Assembly (NCBI GenBank): GCA_047495785.1
Contig: JBLDXI010000015.1
Coordinates: 5,022,001 to 5,086,000 of the forward strand
Length of the DNA stretch: 64,000 nucleotides
Direction of reading: 5' to 3'
Origin: Lepidodermella squamata
Lineage: Eukaryota > Animalia > Gastrotricha
Shown: positions 37,942 through 50,650 of the stretch, piece after piece
How positions within the stretch are numbered: position 1 is the stretch's first letter
Layout: every line of letters starts with the position of its first letter
The notes under the pieces: model-generated
What the model saw: only the letters and a program-made list of their open reading frames with translations
What the model was told of the DNA's origin: nothing
The model's database searches: none
Program-made: the position numbers and the translations under genes

Positions 37942-40900
37942 TTAGACCGCAGCGTTGCCGTAGTCGGTCGGGCTAAGGAATTCTGGGGGCCAGCTATCGA
38001 GACTGAAAAATTTCAAGAAATTCAATTATTATTGGTTCCCGGTTTCAAGTTTCAACTTACGGCTTGCTCGAGTCCTTGGGGCGCTTCAGCTGAACTTTGA
38101 GGCGCTTCATGCCGATCTGAAAGCCGTTCATGGCCTGAATAGCGGCCGAAGCGGACTGCGGGTTGTCGAACGACACGAAGCCTGCAACGAAGTCAAGTTA
38201 GTAAGTCATGAGTTGTAGTAGTAGGGTGAGTTGTGCTTACCGAAGCACTTGCTCTGACCGGTGGCACGGTCAACGTAGACCTTAGCCGAGAGCACGCTGC
38301 CGAAAGGCATGAACATTTGTGCCAGCTCAGCGTCGCCAAACTCCTGCGGAAGGTGGTAGATGAACAGGTTGCAGCCGTCTGGGCCTTCCTTCTGCGCCGT
38401 GGTCGCCGCAGAGATGGCCGACATCGAATTGGCCGCCTGTTGGACAAGCGCGTGCTGCAGCAGCGGGTTGTAGGCCGCAGCCGCAAGAGCGTTCGAAGCA
38501 GCCGCCGCGGCCTGCGCCGGGTAGCTAGCGATGCCATATTGCGGCAGGCACGCGGATAGCATTTGCGCATCAGTCGTCGTCGACGACGTTCCCGCCGAAG
38601 ACGAAGACATCGCAACTTGCATACCCTGCGCGCTCGGGCTCAGAACCTGCGACTGTGAGCCGCCGTTCATGCCCGCCGCCACGGCCGCCGCTGCCGCCGA
38701 AGTCAACCTGCTCAGATCGTACTGCGGTTGTTGGTTGGGCGCACCTAGAGCGGTCAACGTCGCAATTTGCGCCGCGTTCGGAATCTGCATCGTCGCGAAA
38801 GGCGAGCCGCTTCCCAACACGGCTTGCTGCTGCACGAGCTGCGCATAAGTTCCCAACGTTGGAACAGTCGCGGTCTGGGGGCTGAGAGTCGCCGCCGCAG
38901 CAGCCGCAGCTGCAGCCGCCGCCGAGTTGTTGGTCATCAGGCCCATTTGCTGCGCCATTTGCTGGAGGCGGCGCAGTTGGCGCTCGCGTTCCGTGTCAGC
39001 GAACTTGACGACGAGGCTGCTCGACGCGCCGCTCATTTTCTGCGAGCCGTGCAGCGACGCAATCGCCGCCTGGCATTCACTGTGGCTCGACAGCTTGACG
39101 AAGGCGCAGCCTCGGGAGTTACCGTTCTGATCGCGCAGCACCGTGCACTCTTCGATAGTACCAAACGCCTCGAACATTTTACGCACGTCTTCCTCGTTCT
39201 GCTGCTTGCTCAACATCCCGACAAACAGTTTGCGGTCATTGCCCGATTTACTCTCCTGATCAGCTGGCTTGACTTGAATGGGTCGGTTCATCTGAAAATA
39301 TGCAAAAATGGTTAGAGGCCAAATAGTATAGATGGATTTAATCAGCATTTTGAAAATAAAATTTTGTTTACCAAACTTACCAAGATGACAGGGAAATAAG
39401 ACATGATTCAGCCGATTCCAATGAAATAGCGAGACACGAAAATGTAAATTGAAGTGAAGACAATGAAAATGACCACACTAATGCGACAGGGGACGAACGA
39501 AGTTAAATGAGCCTATAAATTTTGAGGCAATGAGGTTGATGATGATGATGATGTTGTTGATGAGTCAACAGGGCAATGAAAAGTCGCCGACGGGCGGCAG
39601 GTAGTTTGATAACGGCGGGCGGGACATGAAAGTGGGAGGCTGTAAAAACAGAGACTGCGCGGCGTGGTTTTGGTCTGCGAGGTGCGGTGGATGCGCGGTG
39701 GAAATCAAAATAGTATCGAGAGGGCGCAAACGCGAATGAGCGTGCGAGCGAGTGACTACTGCGAGCGATGAGCGATGATGAGCGAGGCAGATGACACAGC
39801 GCGAGGTCGCCTGCTGTGTTATTAGGTAGATTTATGTGGCAATAATTTTTGTAATAACACGTTGTCGAGGCGGCGCGGCGGGCGCGGAAGGATGCGAGCG
39901 AGCGAACGCGCACAGTGCACATCATCGCTCTCTCGCCGGCGAAAAATCACAGGCAATAAGCTGATGCTGCGCGTCGTGGTCGTCGTCGTATTTCAGCAGA
40001 GCGAGTGAGCGCCGCCTCATCTTCGATTTTAGCTTATTATTGCGTTTCGCAGGGTGGCGAACACGCCGCTGCGTGCGTGTGACTGTTTGATGGCTGAGTG
40101 CGCGCGTCTTTCGATAATAATCATCATCTGCCTGTGCCGCACGCGCCCCGTGTGCTTACATAAGCAGCAGCCTCATCACTCGCCGGCTCGACTCATCAGT
40201 CAAACTCGCTATCACTGTCATTCGATCGTGCGCCGAACCTGCTGCTGCTGCTGCCGCCGCCCGGCGCGATCGATACAGGTACTCGCTCATTAAGCCTCAG
40301 AAGCGCGCACGCTGATGGCCGTAGGGAAACGACACAACGGCCGCCGATGCTGCGCTTCACCTCGCCGGCGATTCGATTTGCGCGCGACCGACGACAACGC
40401 GACGACAACGGCGACGCCGGCGCTGACTGACTACTGCTACTGCTGCTGATTTCTCAGTAGCAGCGCCGATGAGTCGGTGTGTTTGCGCTGTATGCACAAA
40501 CAGAGCGGCAGGCGCGCGCGCATCCGGCTCCGACGCGCGCATCTGCTTCGCTTTTCACGCGCATCTGCCCACCGCCGTGTCTCTTATTGCATTTCAAGCG
40601 AATAAATACAAATAATAATGCGGTTGCGGCCTGGCGATGGCTTCGATATCCATCTATCTATCAGTTGTTACTACCTCGCCGACTCATGAGCATCATCTGC
40701 AATTCAATCACGCCGCATGAGCGCCATTCGCTCGACTACTCAGCGCCAGCAGCTTATTGCACTTCGCCACTGTCCTTGCCATCGCCATTATCACCATGAT
40801 AGGAGCGCTTCGACTTTCGACGGTGAATAATTAGGTTCCGCGCGCATCGTTTGGCGTCGGCCCACGGCTTAGCCAGCATAAATGAGACGCAGGGCCATAA

Positions 40901-43900
40901 GCCCCGTCGACGACATTTAATACGATAATTACACCGCTCTTATATGGCGCTTCTTGAGCCATCGGCGCCGATGAGGGGCTGCTTTTCACGCGGAAAATAG
41001 ACAGAGTCCCGCAGCAGCCTCTTGCTTGTTCGCAGCCGCAAATTTTCGCCTATATTTTTACCGCATTCTAGGTCATTTTGTGCCCTCACTCAGCGCAGCC
41101 AAATATTTGAGGGAAGGACATGAGATTTCAGTGTGGATAAATGTTTAGCTACCGATATGAACCGCGTGGAAGTCAAATATTTAGCATGTAACAAGAAGAA
41201 TATCGATCGGATGACAGACAGAGAAAGTTGGATATTTCTCCCATGTCAATGCAAGATATTTTTGGCGAAAAGTCAACAGTTCGTGCAATGAAATCAGCTG
41301 ATTCGACTACTTTTTCCCGTTGTCAATTATTTACGAAATGATACTAGCTATTTTGCAAGCAAAAGTGCAGATACTCACCCCAGGTAGAGTTTTCTGTTCG
41401 TGAAGGGCATTTTGAGCTCTGAAAGCGCTGTCTCTCGTGCAGTACGTCAAAAAGGCGCAACCTGTTATAAAGAAAAAGGTAATCAATAGGCGAAAAAATA
41501 ACATTGCATGGGTGATTTTTGGTCGAATCAATTTACTCAGCTATTATCTACCCCGTTGTTTTGGCCTTGGTGCTTGAATTATTCATGTCGACACTAGCGG
41601 TCAAGTATAATGAGGTCTAATTATGCTTTCAAGCTAGCAGCAGACACCTACTACTCCGTAAATCAAGCCTAAAATTTTGTCGATGATCGGCAGATCAGTT
41701 GGTTAATGTCGGATATGGAGTTTTCTCAGCTTGTACTGTCTAATATTATTCTCCAATGCATGATAAGGCATAATCTGACTGTTCTCGATGTTCGAGCACG
41801 AATGCGATGTTGATTTGACCACAAGGATTATTTGGAGCCTCAAAGCGCCCAATATGGTTATGCGCAATCGCCTGGAAGGGCTGGGGTACTCGTAGAATAA
41901 ATACCAGCTTAACATATAACCTATATGGGCGACTAGGTGCCGGGAAGCACTGCTGTCACTGCGATTATTAGGTGTAAATCGGAATCAGCTTCATGAAGTT
42001 ACCACAAATCGACAAGCTACTAAAATATATACTAACCCGGCTGTTTTCCTAATTGAGCCCTCAAACGAATCAGCTACTAAAAACCATTAAGCAAAGCTAC
42101 AGTGAAATCTGAGTGAGAAGGCACTGTCAAATATATTTACCAATCAAGACCGAAACAGCGTCTTATGAGCGAGCCCCGTCCTTTATTTTGGCCCAGCCTA
42201 AATTGTTGCATTCTATTCTTGTATATTCTTGTGTTGTAAAGAGCTTTCTCCAGCAAACCGTCCCTTAAACTTCATGTTAGTATGAACATGTTATAAACGA
42301 GTAATTTTGAAATTGAAATTAGAAGCTTTATTTCACTTCCCCGCGACTAAGCGTCTGTACCCTTTCGGGTTTTGGGGAAGGCGAAGGCAAGGCAAACCAC
42401 GAAATGTAAAAAACCGAAAAAACCGACACGAAAAAACCACGCCCCCACGTCCGAGAGTATCTTGCTTTTGTTACAAACGAGACTGCCTTCTATGTAGGTT
42501 CTGCCTTCTAATTCGGGTTCGAATATGTTGGAAATTTGCCATGGCTTTTATTCTCTTACTCGACTGATGATAATCAGATCGTTTTTCAAGAAAACCGATG
42601 ACCAATTTTCATTTGATGCTGTGATTTTTGTGAGATCTGAATATCTGATTTGTGGAGATATAATGTTCGATGGCTTATGACTCGGAGAGGTCGAAACTAT
42701 TCGATATGCTGGATTCAAGGTTTTCCTCCTAATGCCCCTATTCCATGAAAAGATATAATATCTTCTGATAAAATATAATTTTACTAGAAGTCAAGCCGTT
42801 CCAAGGCAAAAACGAATTTGAACTTGAACTAGATTTTCGAACTTTTACTGAATTAGCTTCCCAAGATCTGTTCCTCGAAGAGACACGTGGATCGGTTAAA
42901 TTTCCAAATTTACGGTGCCAATTATTCAGGCATTCAACTACTTCGAACTTCGAATAGTTACCTCGGTTAGCGATAGCCACAGTGCTTAGCCGTAGCTCGC
43001 CTTCACTTAGCCATCGACTAATCAGATATAATTAGCAACTATTTAATGCTCTGCTACTTCCGTCAAAATCGATCCATCTCATTGGGAGTAAGATTCTATG
43101 ATACTAATTTCGAAGCTCAGTTTCAAAGCTTTGGAGCTTGTCTTAAAACTAGCAAATATCGATTTCATGGAAATATACAGTTAATGGCTGACGATAGCCA
43201 GTGTCTGTCGAAACCCTGATCAGGACGTTTTACCCAAGCTGGCATTTAAAGTCCCATTTGCAACCCACGGGCTAGTTTGATTTGTCAGAGCAGAAAATGT
43301 TAAATCTTGCATGTCGCAGCCATTTATGAATAATATGGCTTTTCGCGCTGATTGCATTGCTTTCCGTGGGAAGGCAACCCATATGTGCTCCACTTGGTGC
43401 GGTTGTTCAAATCAAAGCCCTACATCATGGGTGCTCGAGCCTCGTGCTCGAATTCGTTGCCATGCAACATCCTTAACATTGTATGCTCGTTATTTGAAGC
43501 AAACCCACTGCGGACTACAATTGAAACTAGGAGATTAATATTGCCGTTCATACTTTGGAGAATTTCGAATCGTAACATTTTTGACAATCCCGCCCAACAC
43601 TAAAGCTTAATTTATTTACTTATTAACGTTAACCGTGCTCAGATGAGTGATTGATTCGATTTGAAATCAGTGAAGCGGTAAATTACTTACCCTTGTGCAT
43701 GCCGGTCATCTTGTCCCGCAAGACGGTCAGCTCGTAGATTTGGCCGAATTCTTCGAAACTAAGAAAATGAAGTGAATTTTAAAATCGATATATCAATTAG
43801 GATCGATGAAATAGCTTACATGGGTCTCAGATCGTTCTCGTCGAGATGGCGCGGAATCTGGCCGATGAACAGCTTCACAGCGTCGGCGTCCTTCATCGGC

Positions 43901-44217
43901 ACCAAATTGGGCTGCTTCATCGCCGCCGCGTTCGACGCCGACGAAAGCAGCGGCTGTTGCGCCTGAGCCTGTTGCTGCGCCTGCTGCATCATCGCCAGTT
44001 GCTGCTGTTGCGCCAACATCGACGACTGCGCCTGCGCCTGTTGTTGCTGTGCGGCCGCGTGTTGCTGCTGCTGTTGGTGGTGGTGCGCCGCGGCGACGTT
44101 CAGCGGCGTCAACAGACTTGCGGCCGCCGACGAGCCCATGAGGTGCTCCTTGAGGGACGGCCCCGACGCCATGGGCAGCGCGAACGTCGGCATACGAATC
44201 AAAGTGGCCATTGTCAT
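37942..44217 (-). CDS. CELF/Bruno-like RNA-binding protein, CELF3-6 (unc-75/bru3) type, 3 RRMs
   Basis: KLFIGQIPR (RRM1), [28 protein letters not shown] (RRM2), [26 protein letters not shown] (RRM3), [15 protein letters not shown]. Exons 44217-43820, 43758-43691, 41461-41379, 39291-38241, 38181-38061, 38002-37942. N-terminal polyQ/A tract and a linker poly-Ala run. Confidence 0.95.
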
Positions 44218-47200
44218 GGTTTTACTTCAACAGACACTGTACGTTGATCAACCACACAGACGGAGATGAATAATAACGATGCGTTACTTAGTAGAAGTAA
44301 AGAAGATAAAACAATCGACGGTGTCACGTGACAACACAAAATCTAGACCGAAAACAGAAACAATAAGTATAAATCGTTGACTAAATGCGAGGAGCGAAAT
44401 CGATGAAATGCCGCTGCTGGTCGCTGGTCGCCGGGCCGGCAGCGGGCGCCAATCTGCGCGCGTATGCTATGCGCGTCCGGGTGTGCAATTGTAACAATAA
44501 TTGTCAATATTATAGGGTCGTTAAGTAGTTTGTTCAATCTAAAGACGCGCGCAGCTGTTCGATGCGAGGTGACGGGGCAAGACGCTGCTGGCGTAATGAC
44601 AGCAATAACAAGGCGTTGAACAGATGATGCGCGCGCGCGCGTGTGCGCCCAACCCACCCGAACAGATGAGCGCACCAATAACAGCTGATCGAATGGGCAA
44701 ATACTAATTGTCAGGTAATAAACGCGTACGCGCAGATGATGGTGACGACAAGCGTACACGCGCGCGGATCATCTTCACCCTAACCAAACACCATCGGGGT
44801 GGTGATATCCTGATAGGTGAGCAAACATCCCCTGACAAGAGCGCTGATGACTATTATATGGCGGATTCGCAAATATATGCCTAGTGTCACAGAACCCAAT
44901 CAAACCGGGTTTAACTAATTAGTTGCCATTAGTTGTTTTGTCGATTGCGCGAAAGAATCTGCTCTACGTTGAAAATGCTATTTGTGATACGATGGCGATT
45001 CGTGGGAAACAGTTTGTTCCGCCATAACATTTAGTGAGTTGAAGAATGGTAAGTCGAACAATGATCGACCGCACGAAATTCGAAAACTGCGCGACCAACA
45101 TTTCGGCGAAATGCCAAATAAGTTTTTGCTCATACACGAGATATGGCGAATCACGGTTTGGAGCTGTTGCGACCAAGTTAATGGACGGATGAGAAATAAT
45201 TTTAAAATTGGTTACATGGCGGCCACTCGTCGCTGTCGCGTTTTTGGGCGTCGCGGCGCTCGAGAGGCGGCGAAAAAGACGCGCGGCGCGCAGAGTATCG
45301 AAGCGCTAATGAAATGTGCTGTAGGTGACGTAGTGGGGCGCGTGGCCGTGCTGTAATCCGACAGCTGTTGCTGGCCTACGCGCCTGTGCGTTTTGGCACC
45401 ATTTTCCCGGCGACAAGTGAGAGGGCGCGTGCGCCCAGCCCAAACCAGGCTGTTCTTCTTAACTTCTTACTGCTATGGCAATAACAGTAATAAGTGTGCA
45501 ATTATTTCGCGAACAAATTTATCGCCGATTGGTCTTCGCGTCTGCACGCGGCTGGGAATGGTGCGCGCAGATGGCCGCGCGCGGCCTCGATATAGCCGCG
45601 CCACCATATGCGCGCGCGCGCATTTGTATCGAAGACGCGCAGCAACGGCCGCCGCCGCCACAACGACGGCTGTCAAGAAGACGACGACGGGAAAGAAGAA
45701 GATGGGAGTGTGCCCACAGAAATAAGACGACATGCACAGCAAGCAAAATAATTTAAACTAATAGTAATGCCAATGGGGCTGTAATATGTTTGTACATTTA
45801 TTACAAATAATAGTTATACCATACAAATATAGGCGCGCCCTTCGATCGCACTGGCTGGCCAAGGGCGCGTGCGCGCATACATCGCTGGCACCGAAATTTG
45901 ATGGTTCGCGATGTATGCGCTTATAACGCTCCCCAATCAGCCATCGCGCCGTCGTCGTCATCATCGTCGTCGTCTTATTCGCATTTTAAAAACACACAAG
46001 GCGCGCGCTATAATGCCGCGCGGCTCGGGGTCGCGCATCGCAAGCGGACGTTGATTGCCATTGCTGTGTATTGCTTCGCCGAGCCAGCAGCGCTCGTCGG
46101 CAGCTGCCGCCGCCGTCATCGTCGTCTATTGAGCGATCGAAATCCAAGTTCCCTCAAGTCCAATTCCGGCCAGTCAATCGCGAATGGTGACGCGCGCGGC
46201 TGACGGCGCGCGGTCGAATCGATGCGACGGCTCCGGATGCCGATTGCGATGGAGGGGAGATGAACGCAGTAAGCAGCTAAGACGGCGGAACCGCGCTCGC
46301 TCGTAATGAAAGCCCGCCCAATTGTGCCGCTGAGCATACATGCAGCGATGCTGCTGCTGCTGCTGCGTTATTATCGCAAGCACATTTAAATAAATTGCGA
46401 TGTTCAACATTTTGGCATCGGCGCTCTTGCTGAGGCTAAGTGGCACTATACGGGAGAGGCAGGGCGACATTATCGAGTCAATTGATGGCTTCGGCCCGGC
46501 CGGAGGAAGTCGCTCAGGCCTGGTGGCTTGCTGGCGCCACAGCGGTTGGTCGTCGCGCCGAAATCTGTGGCTTAGCAAAACAAACTTGTTGAGCGCGCCG
46601 GCCGCAAATTGGCCGCCATTAAATCGCCGATAATTCCAATTTCCGAAGTAAATGAAAAAGGCTATTGATTACGCTAAACTTCCGCCACTCCAGCAACGAG
46701 ACAATCACTTAGCTATTGATAATATATTTTCTTGCCAAGTAACGAATAACCCTGTTGCATTTAATAATCGCGTCACCACCAAAGCTTCAAACATAACAGA
46801 GTAGGTATACAGAGTCGAATTCGAATCATGCATCGCTGGTGTAATTGAAGAAAACTGAAAATGGAAAAAAGTCATGTCAACAGTTAGCTGGAGAAAGTAG
46901 CAGCATGCAATCAGGGTCAGCGATTCGACCGTTCATATGTGTGTCAATTGGAAGCGTTTTCAGAAGTATTATTCGGAACTGGCTTTAACTGCATGCCGGA
47001 TCTTTTTCGAACATTGAGAATGTGTAATTTTGTTGCATAATTAGTTATTAGACAGATGTGATGTTGGAACGAACATTCAGAACGTTCAGAAAGTGGCTAC
47101 TGATGGCTTTTCTGCTGGAACTGTGAATAGGATTTTCATGTTGGTGTATTTGCGCTATAGTGAACGCGCACTAGCTGCTGTTGTTTTCATAAAAATAACC

Positions 47201-47648
47201 GACAATTCAATTGTGAACCTATTTCGAGTAGTCTATAGCCTGAAATTGTGCGTACCTATTTGCCAAACGTATTAAACGTCCAACAACTTCGCCTGCGATT
47301 ATTTAGAATCCTGGGCAATCCAACCTATCAATGATTTATTGCTAGCCATTGTATAGTTTTTTGGGTTTGCATGTACCCAGCTTTCGACGCTTTCGATCGC
47401 TATCCCGCAAAATTCAAAGGGCTGCTCCAATTATAGCAATGCGGAATTCACTTCTCTCCTCAAATCCTCGGTACCTTTGTCGCCATTTGGTCTTCAGGAA
47501 TTGGCCTTAGCGGCATTACAGTTCTATCTCAAACCGACGTCGAGTCAGCGAAATCAGTTGTCCCAACATCCTTAGTTAGATTTCATTCGCTTCCGCTACA
47601 TATTCTGAATCAGCGCAAAAAAAGAAGAGGTCTCCGAGCATATTTTAT

Positions 47649-49160
47649 TCATTTCGATTTCAATGTCGCAGATTGTGTCAAAATAAAAAGAGTCACTATC
47701 ATAGCGTTGCTAGCGAGTAGGGCTAGGCCGGAGATCCAGACGAATAGGTAAGTATTTACACCAGCGAATTCGAGAAAGTAAGCTGACGCCAACCAAGATG
47801 CCTGAAATTGGAAAAATTTATCAATGATTTGTTAATAAATAATAAAAAATATCAAATACCTGAGATGCTACCCATAATAGAAGTGAGGCATAGGCGATGA
47901 TGTGAAGTTTTGATCGAAAAAGCGAGATTCTACTATTAAGCTCGTGAATTCGCTTGTAAATTAGCTTCAAATCAAGTAGTGGCAGCAAACATAAGTACCA
48001 TGTATAATACTGAAAAACATTTAATATTGAGTAGTTTTCCATGAAAATACCAAAAACTTACTTGTACAGTGTAAACCTTGTTAAAAACAACGAACACCAA
48101 TGTTATGAGGAACAACGCAAAATTCAGGCTTGCAAGATTTGATTGCTGAACGCATGCGACCGCTATGAGACCGATGAGAAGAATCTGAATGCCAAAGACG
48201 AGCCCAGTGCCAATTATAGGGGGTAGTGTCTCCGGAGCTTGCAAATATATCGCGTAAAAGTAAGGCGAAAAATTGTGCTTGATATCCTGACGCCCGAGGT
48301 GATACAAAAGCGAACTGTGAAGATACTCGTAGCCATATCTAAAATTGTCACACTTTCATAATGAGAAACGAAAATTGACGTCAAATTGAACTCACAAAAG
48401 ATAAAAAACGCAGGTGGCGGCAGCTACCGCGAATGTCGCCGAACAGACAAAGATTGCATTGTCCGTTGTCAACAAGGAGCGAATAAGATTCAATACACCT
48501 TTGACAGAGAATAAACTACATCGACCGCCATTTCTTGCTCTCCGGAAGAACATGAGAAAAGCTGGTAAGAATATGACCGGGTAAATGCGAACATGTATTG
48601 CGAGTCCGTACATAAGGCCACAAAGTGCTGACTTTTCTCGAGATGCGAAGAACAACGTGACAAGTAGGATTATGGAAATGAGCGAATCACAGTTTCCTCG
48701 TGTGGAAATAACGCAAACTATAGGGTTAAACAGCCAAATGGCGGCCCCGAAAACCAAACGCTGCTCCACATCGTTGTCTAGCTTGCTTGTTTTACCGCTT
48801 GTAAGAATTTGATAAATTAAGTAGGCGCATAATATGTCGAAAATTGAGAAGACCAGCTTCCCGAAGTTGACGAAAATTGAGCCGAAACAAGTTGGCAACA
48901 GCAGGTAAGCCACCACTGGTGAATATCGATAGTCTCGTCTAGTATAAGGTGAATCACCCTAACATAATGCTCATTGAAGTACGATCTTTGTTCCGTGAAT
49001 CACATACCTCGCATATTGCTTTTGCTGCTGACGAGAAGACGGTATAATCTATATCTGTGTACTTTACTTTGAGCAGCGAATCATGGATAGAGCCATAAAT
49101 TATCAAAAGGCCCCGAATTACAGCGCCAGATACCAATACAGTAGACAAATTCCACCTCAT
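47649..49160 (-). CDS. PIGM: GPI mannosyltransferase 1
   Basis: VKYTDIDY (DXD motif), SPY...YRYSP, WLFNP...ISTRGN, YHLGRQDIKHNFSPYFY, FNKVYTVQYF.WY and WL..AY.LEF. Multi-TM protein. The stop TGA overlaps AATAAA. Confidence 0.95.
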
Positions 49161-49235
49161 TAAACTTAAAATGCCTGCAACAAGCAACATTTATTTCATC
49201 AAAAAAATAAGAACAATGTTGGTGTCAAAATCTGA

Positions 49236-50039
49236 TTATTCTATTTCATCATCATCGTCTTCGCCTTCTTCCAATAAAACTTTTTGAAATACATAGTATT
49301 CAGGCAACGACAATCGTGCGACCTGCGTTACGAACTCTTTATCGGAAGTATCCAAAATATCCTTTAATGCAGGATTTTTCCCCAAGCGATGTACCCGAGC
49401 TTTCGCGTCCGGAAACTCGAATCTTCCACTGCGTAAGAGAAATAAGTGTCGACATCTTATTCGATCAACAGAGTGACTCAAAGCCCCAGAGAGAGCTACT
49501 TCTCGGGCAATAACCCGCATTCTGGCAAACAGGTAATTCGCGCGTTGAATTAGAGTATCTTTTTCCACTGTTAACACCTGGGGGCGTAACAGAACCATCT
49601 GATGAGCTTGCCGGTCTGTGAATGTTTGACGCATCCACCAGTATGAATCAGCTATAATCAGCTGAGGCGAAACAAAAATATTGGGACAACCAGAGATGAT
49701 ACGGATTCGGTCTTCGAAGCTAAATCCGAGTCTTGATAGACTATTGAATGCTTCTTTAATCGAATTTGGAGGTATCTTTAGAGTTTCAAGTCCCGATGGG
49801 GAAGTTAGGAATTTAATCAAGCTCCAATCGCTTAAGCCGCTTGATGCAAGGGCGTCAATAGAAGATTTAGCATCTTCAAGTCTTTCGTGGCCGTCTTTGT
49901 TGAAAATTGCTTCCAAGCTCGCAGATATGGAAGGCAAGTTGGATCTTTTTGAACATTGTTCCAACCATTTGACAGCCGAATCTTTTGAGCAATAGCCCGC
50001 ATCAACTAAAATCGATGATAGTTGCCTCAGAGAAGACAT
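49236..50039 (-). CDS. MTERF4: Mitochondrial transcription termination factor 4-like (single exon)
   Basis: MTERF-type repeats (PQVL...YLF.RM), RIRCRHLFLLRSGRF..PD, NP.LKDILDTSDKEF...VA, and an acidic C-terminus, all typical of MTERF4. Confidence 0.8.
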   Translation of the reverse strand: MSSLRQLSSILVDAGYCSKDSAVKWLEQCSKRSNLPSISASLEAIFNKDGHERLEDAKSSIDALASSGLSDWSLIKFLTSPSGLETLKIPPNSIKEAFNSLSRLGFSFEDRIRIISGCPNIFVSPQLIIADSYWWMRQTFTDRQAHQMVLLRPQVLTVEKDTLIQRANYLFARMRVIAREVALSGALSHSVDRIRCRHLFLLRSGRFEFPDAKARVHRLGKNPALKDILDTSDKEFVTQVARLSLPEYYVFQKVLLEEGEDDDDEIE

Positions 50040-50097
50040 ACAAGTTTCTAAAAAAAATGCATATTTAAATTAACAAAATTAAATGATTCCCCCATAA

Positions 50098-50311
50098 GGC
50101 CGGTGGCTATAGATGGTAGATGGTCAGGGCGAACGCTAGACTGAAGCTGGCTCACCCAATTTCTAGCTGACTGGCGAGGAGATTTTAGGGTAGAGTAGGC
50201 AGGGTAAGGTAATGACTAAGCTAACGACTTAACGACATGACCTTAAGGTCAACGTATTGGCTAGTCCGACTAGCATGAGGGCTGTACTAGCTGCACATCC
50301 TTTCTTCTGAA
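50098..50311 (+). mobile_element. 214-bp insertion with a 9-bp target-site duplication, SINE-like
   Basis: Direct repeat cccccataa at 50089-50097 and 50312-50320. The 5' end ggccggtggctatagatggtaga resembles a tRNA head with an A box. No TIRs and no clear B box. Confidence 0.5.
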
Positions 50312-50597
50312 CCCCCATAATTGACTTGACTGAGGATTTACGCATCAAAAGAAAATACTTATGGCTACGCGTATCACAGTTTGATTTTTTACAGCGAAGA
50401 AACACTTCATATCGACAAAATTATTTTTTCAACATATCATTAGTTATTAGTATTAGTTACACATATATCTCTTACTAGGTGACGCTGAATGATAGTTGAG
50501 CGGCTAAGTTTTGAAGGTCTATTCGGACCGAAGCCTGAAGGAGCACTTTCAACTTGGACCCTAGACATTTCGGCGGAATCGCTCCGTACACACCTAA

Positions 50598-50650
50598 CAG
50601 GATCAGGATCAGGATCAGGATCAGGATCAGGATCAGGATCAGGATCAGGA
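50598..50650. repeat. (CAGGAT)n perfect hexamer microsatellite, ~8.8 units; the LINE 3' tail
   Basis: Read directly from the sequence. Confidence 0.95.
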
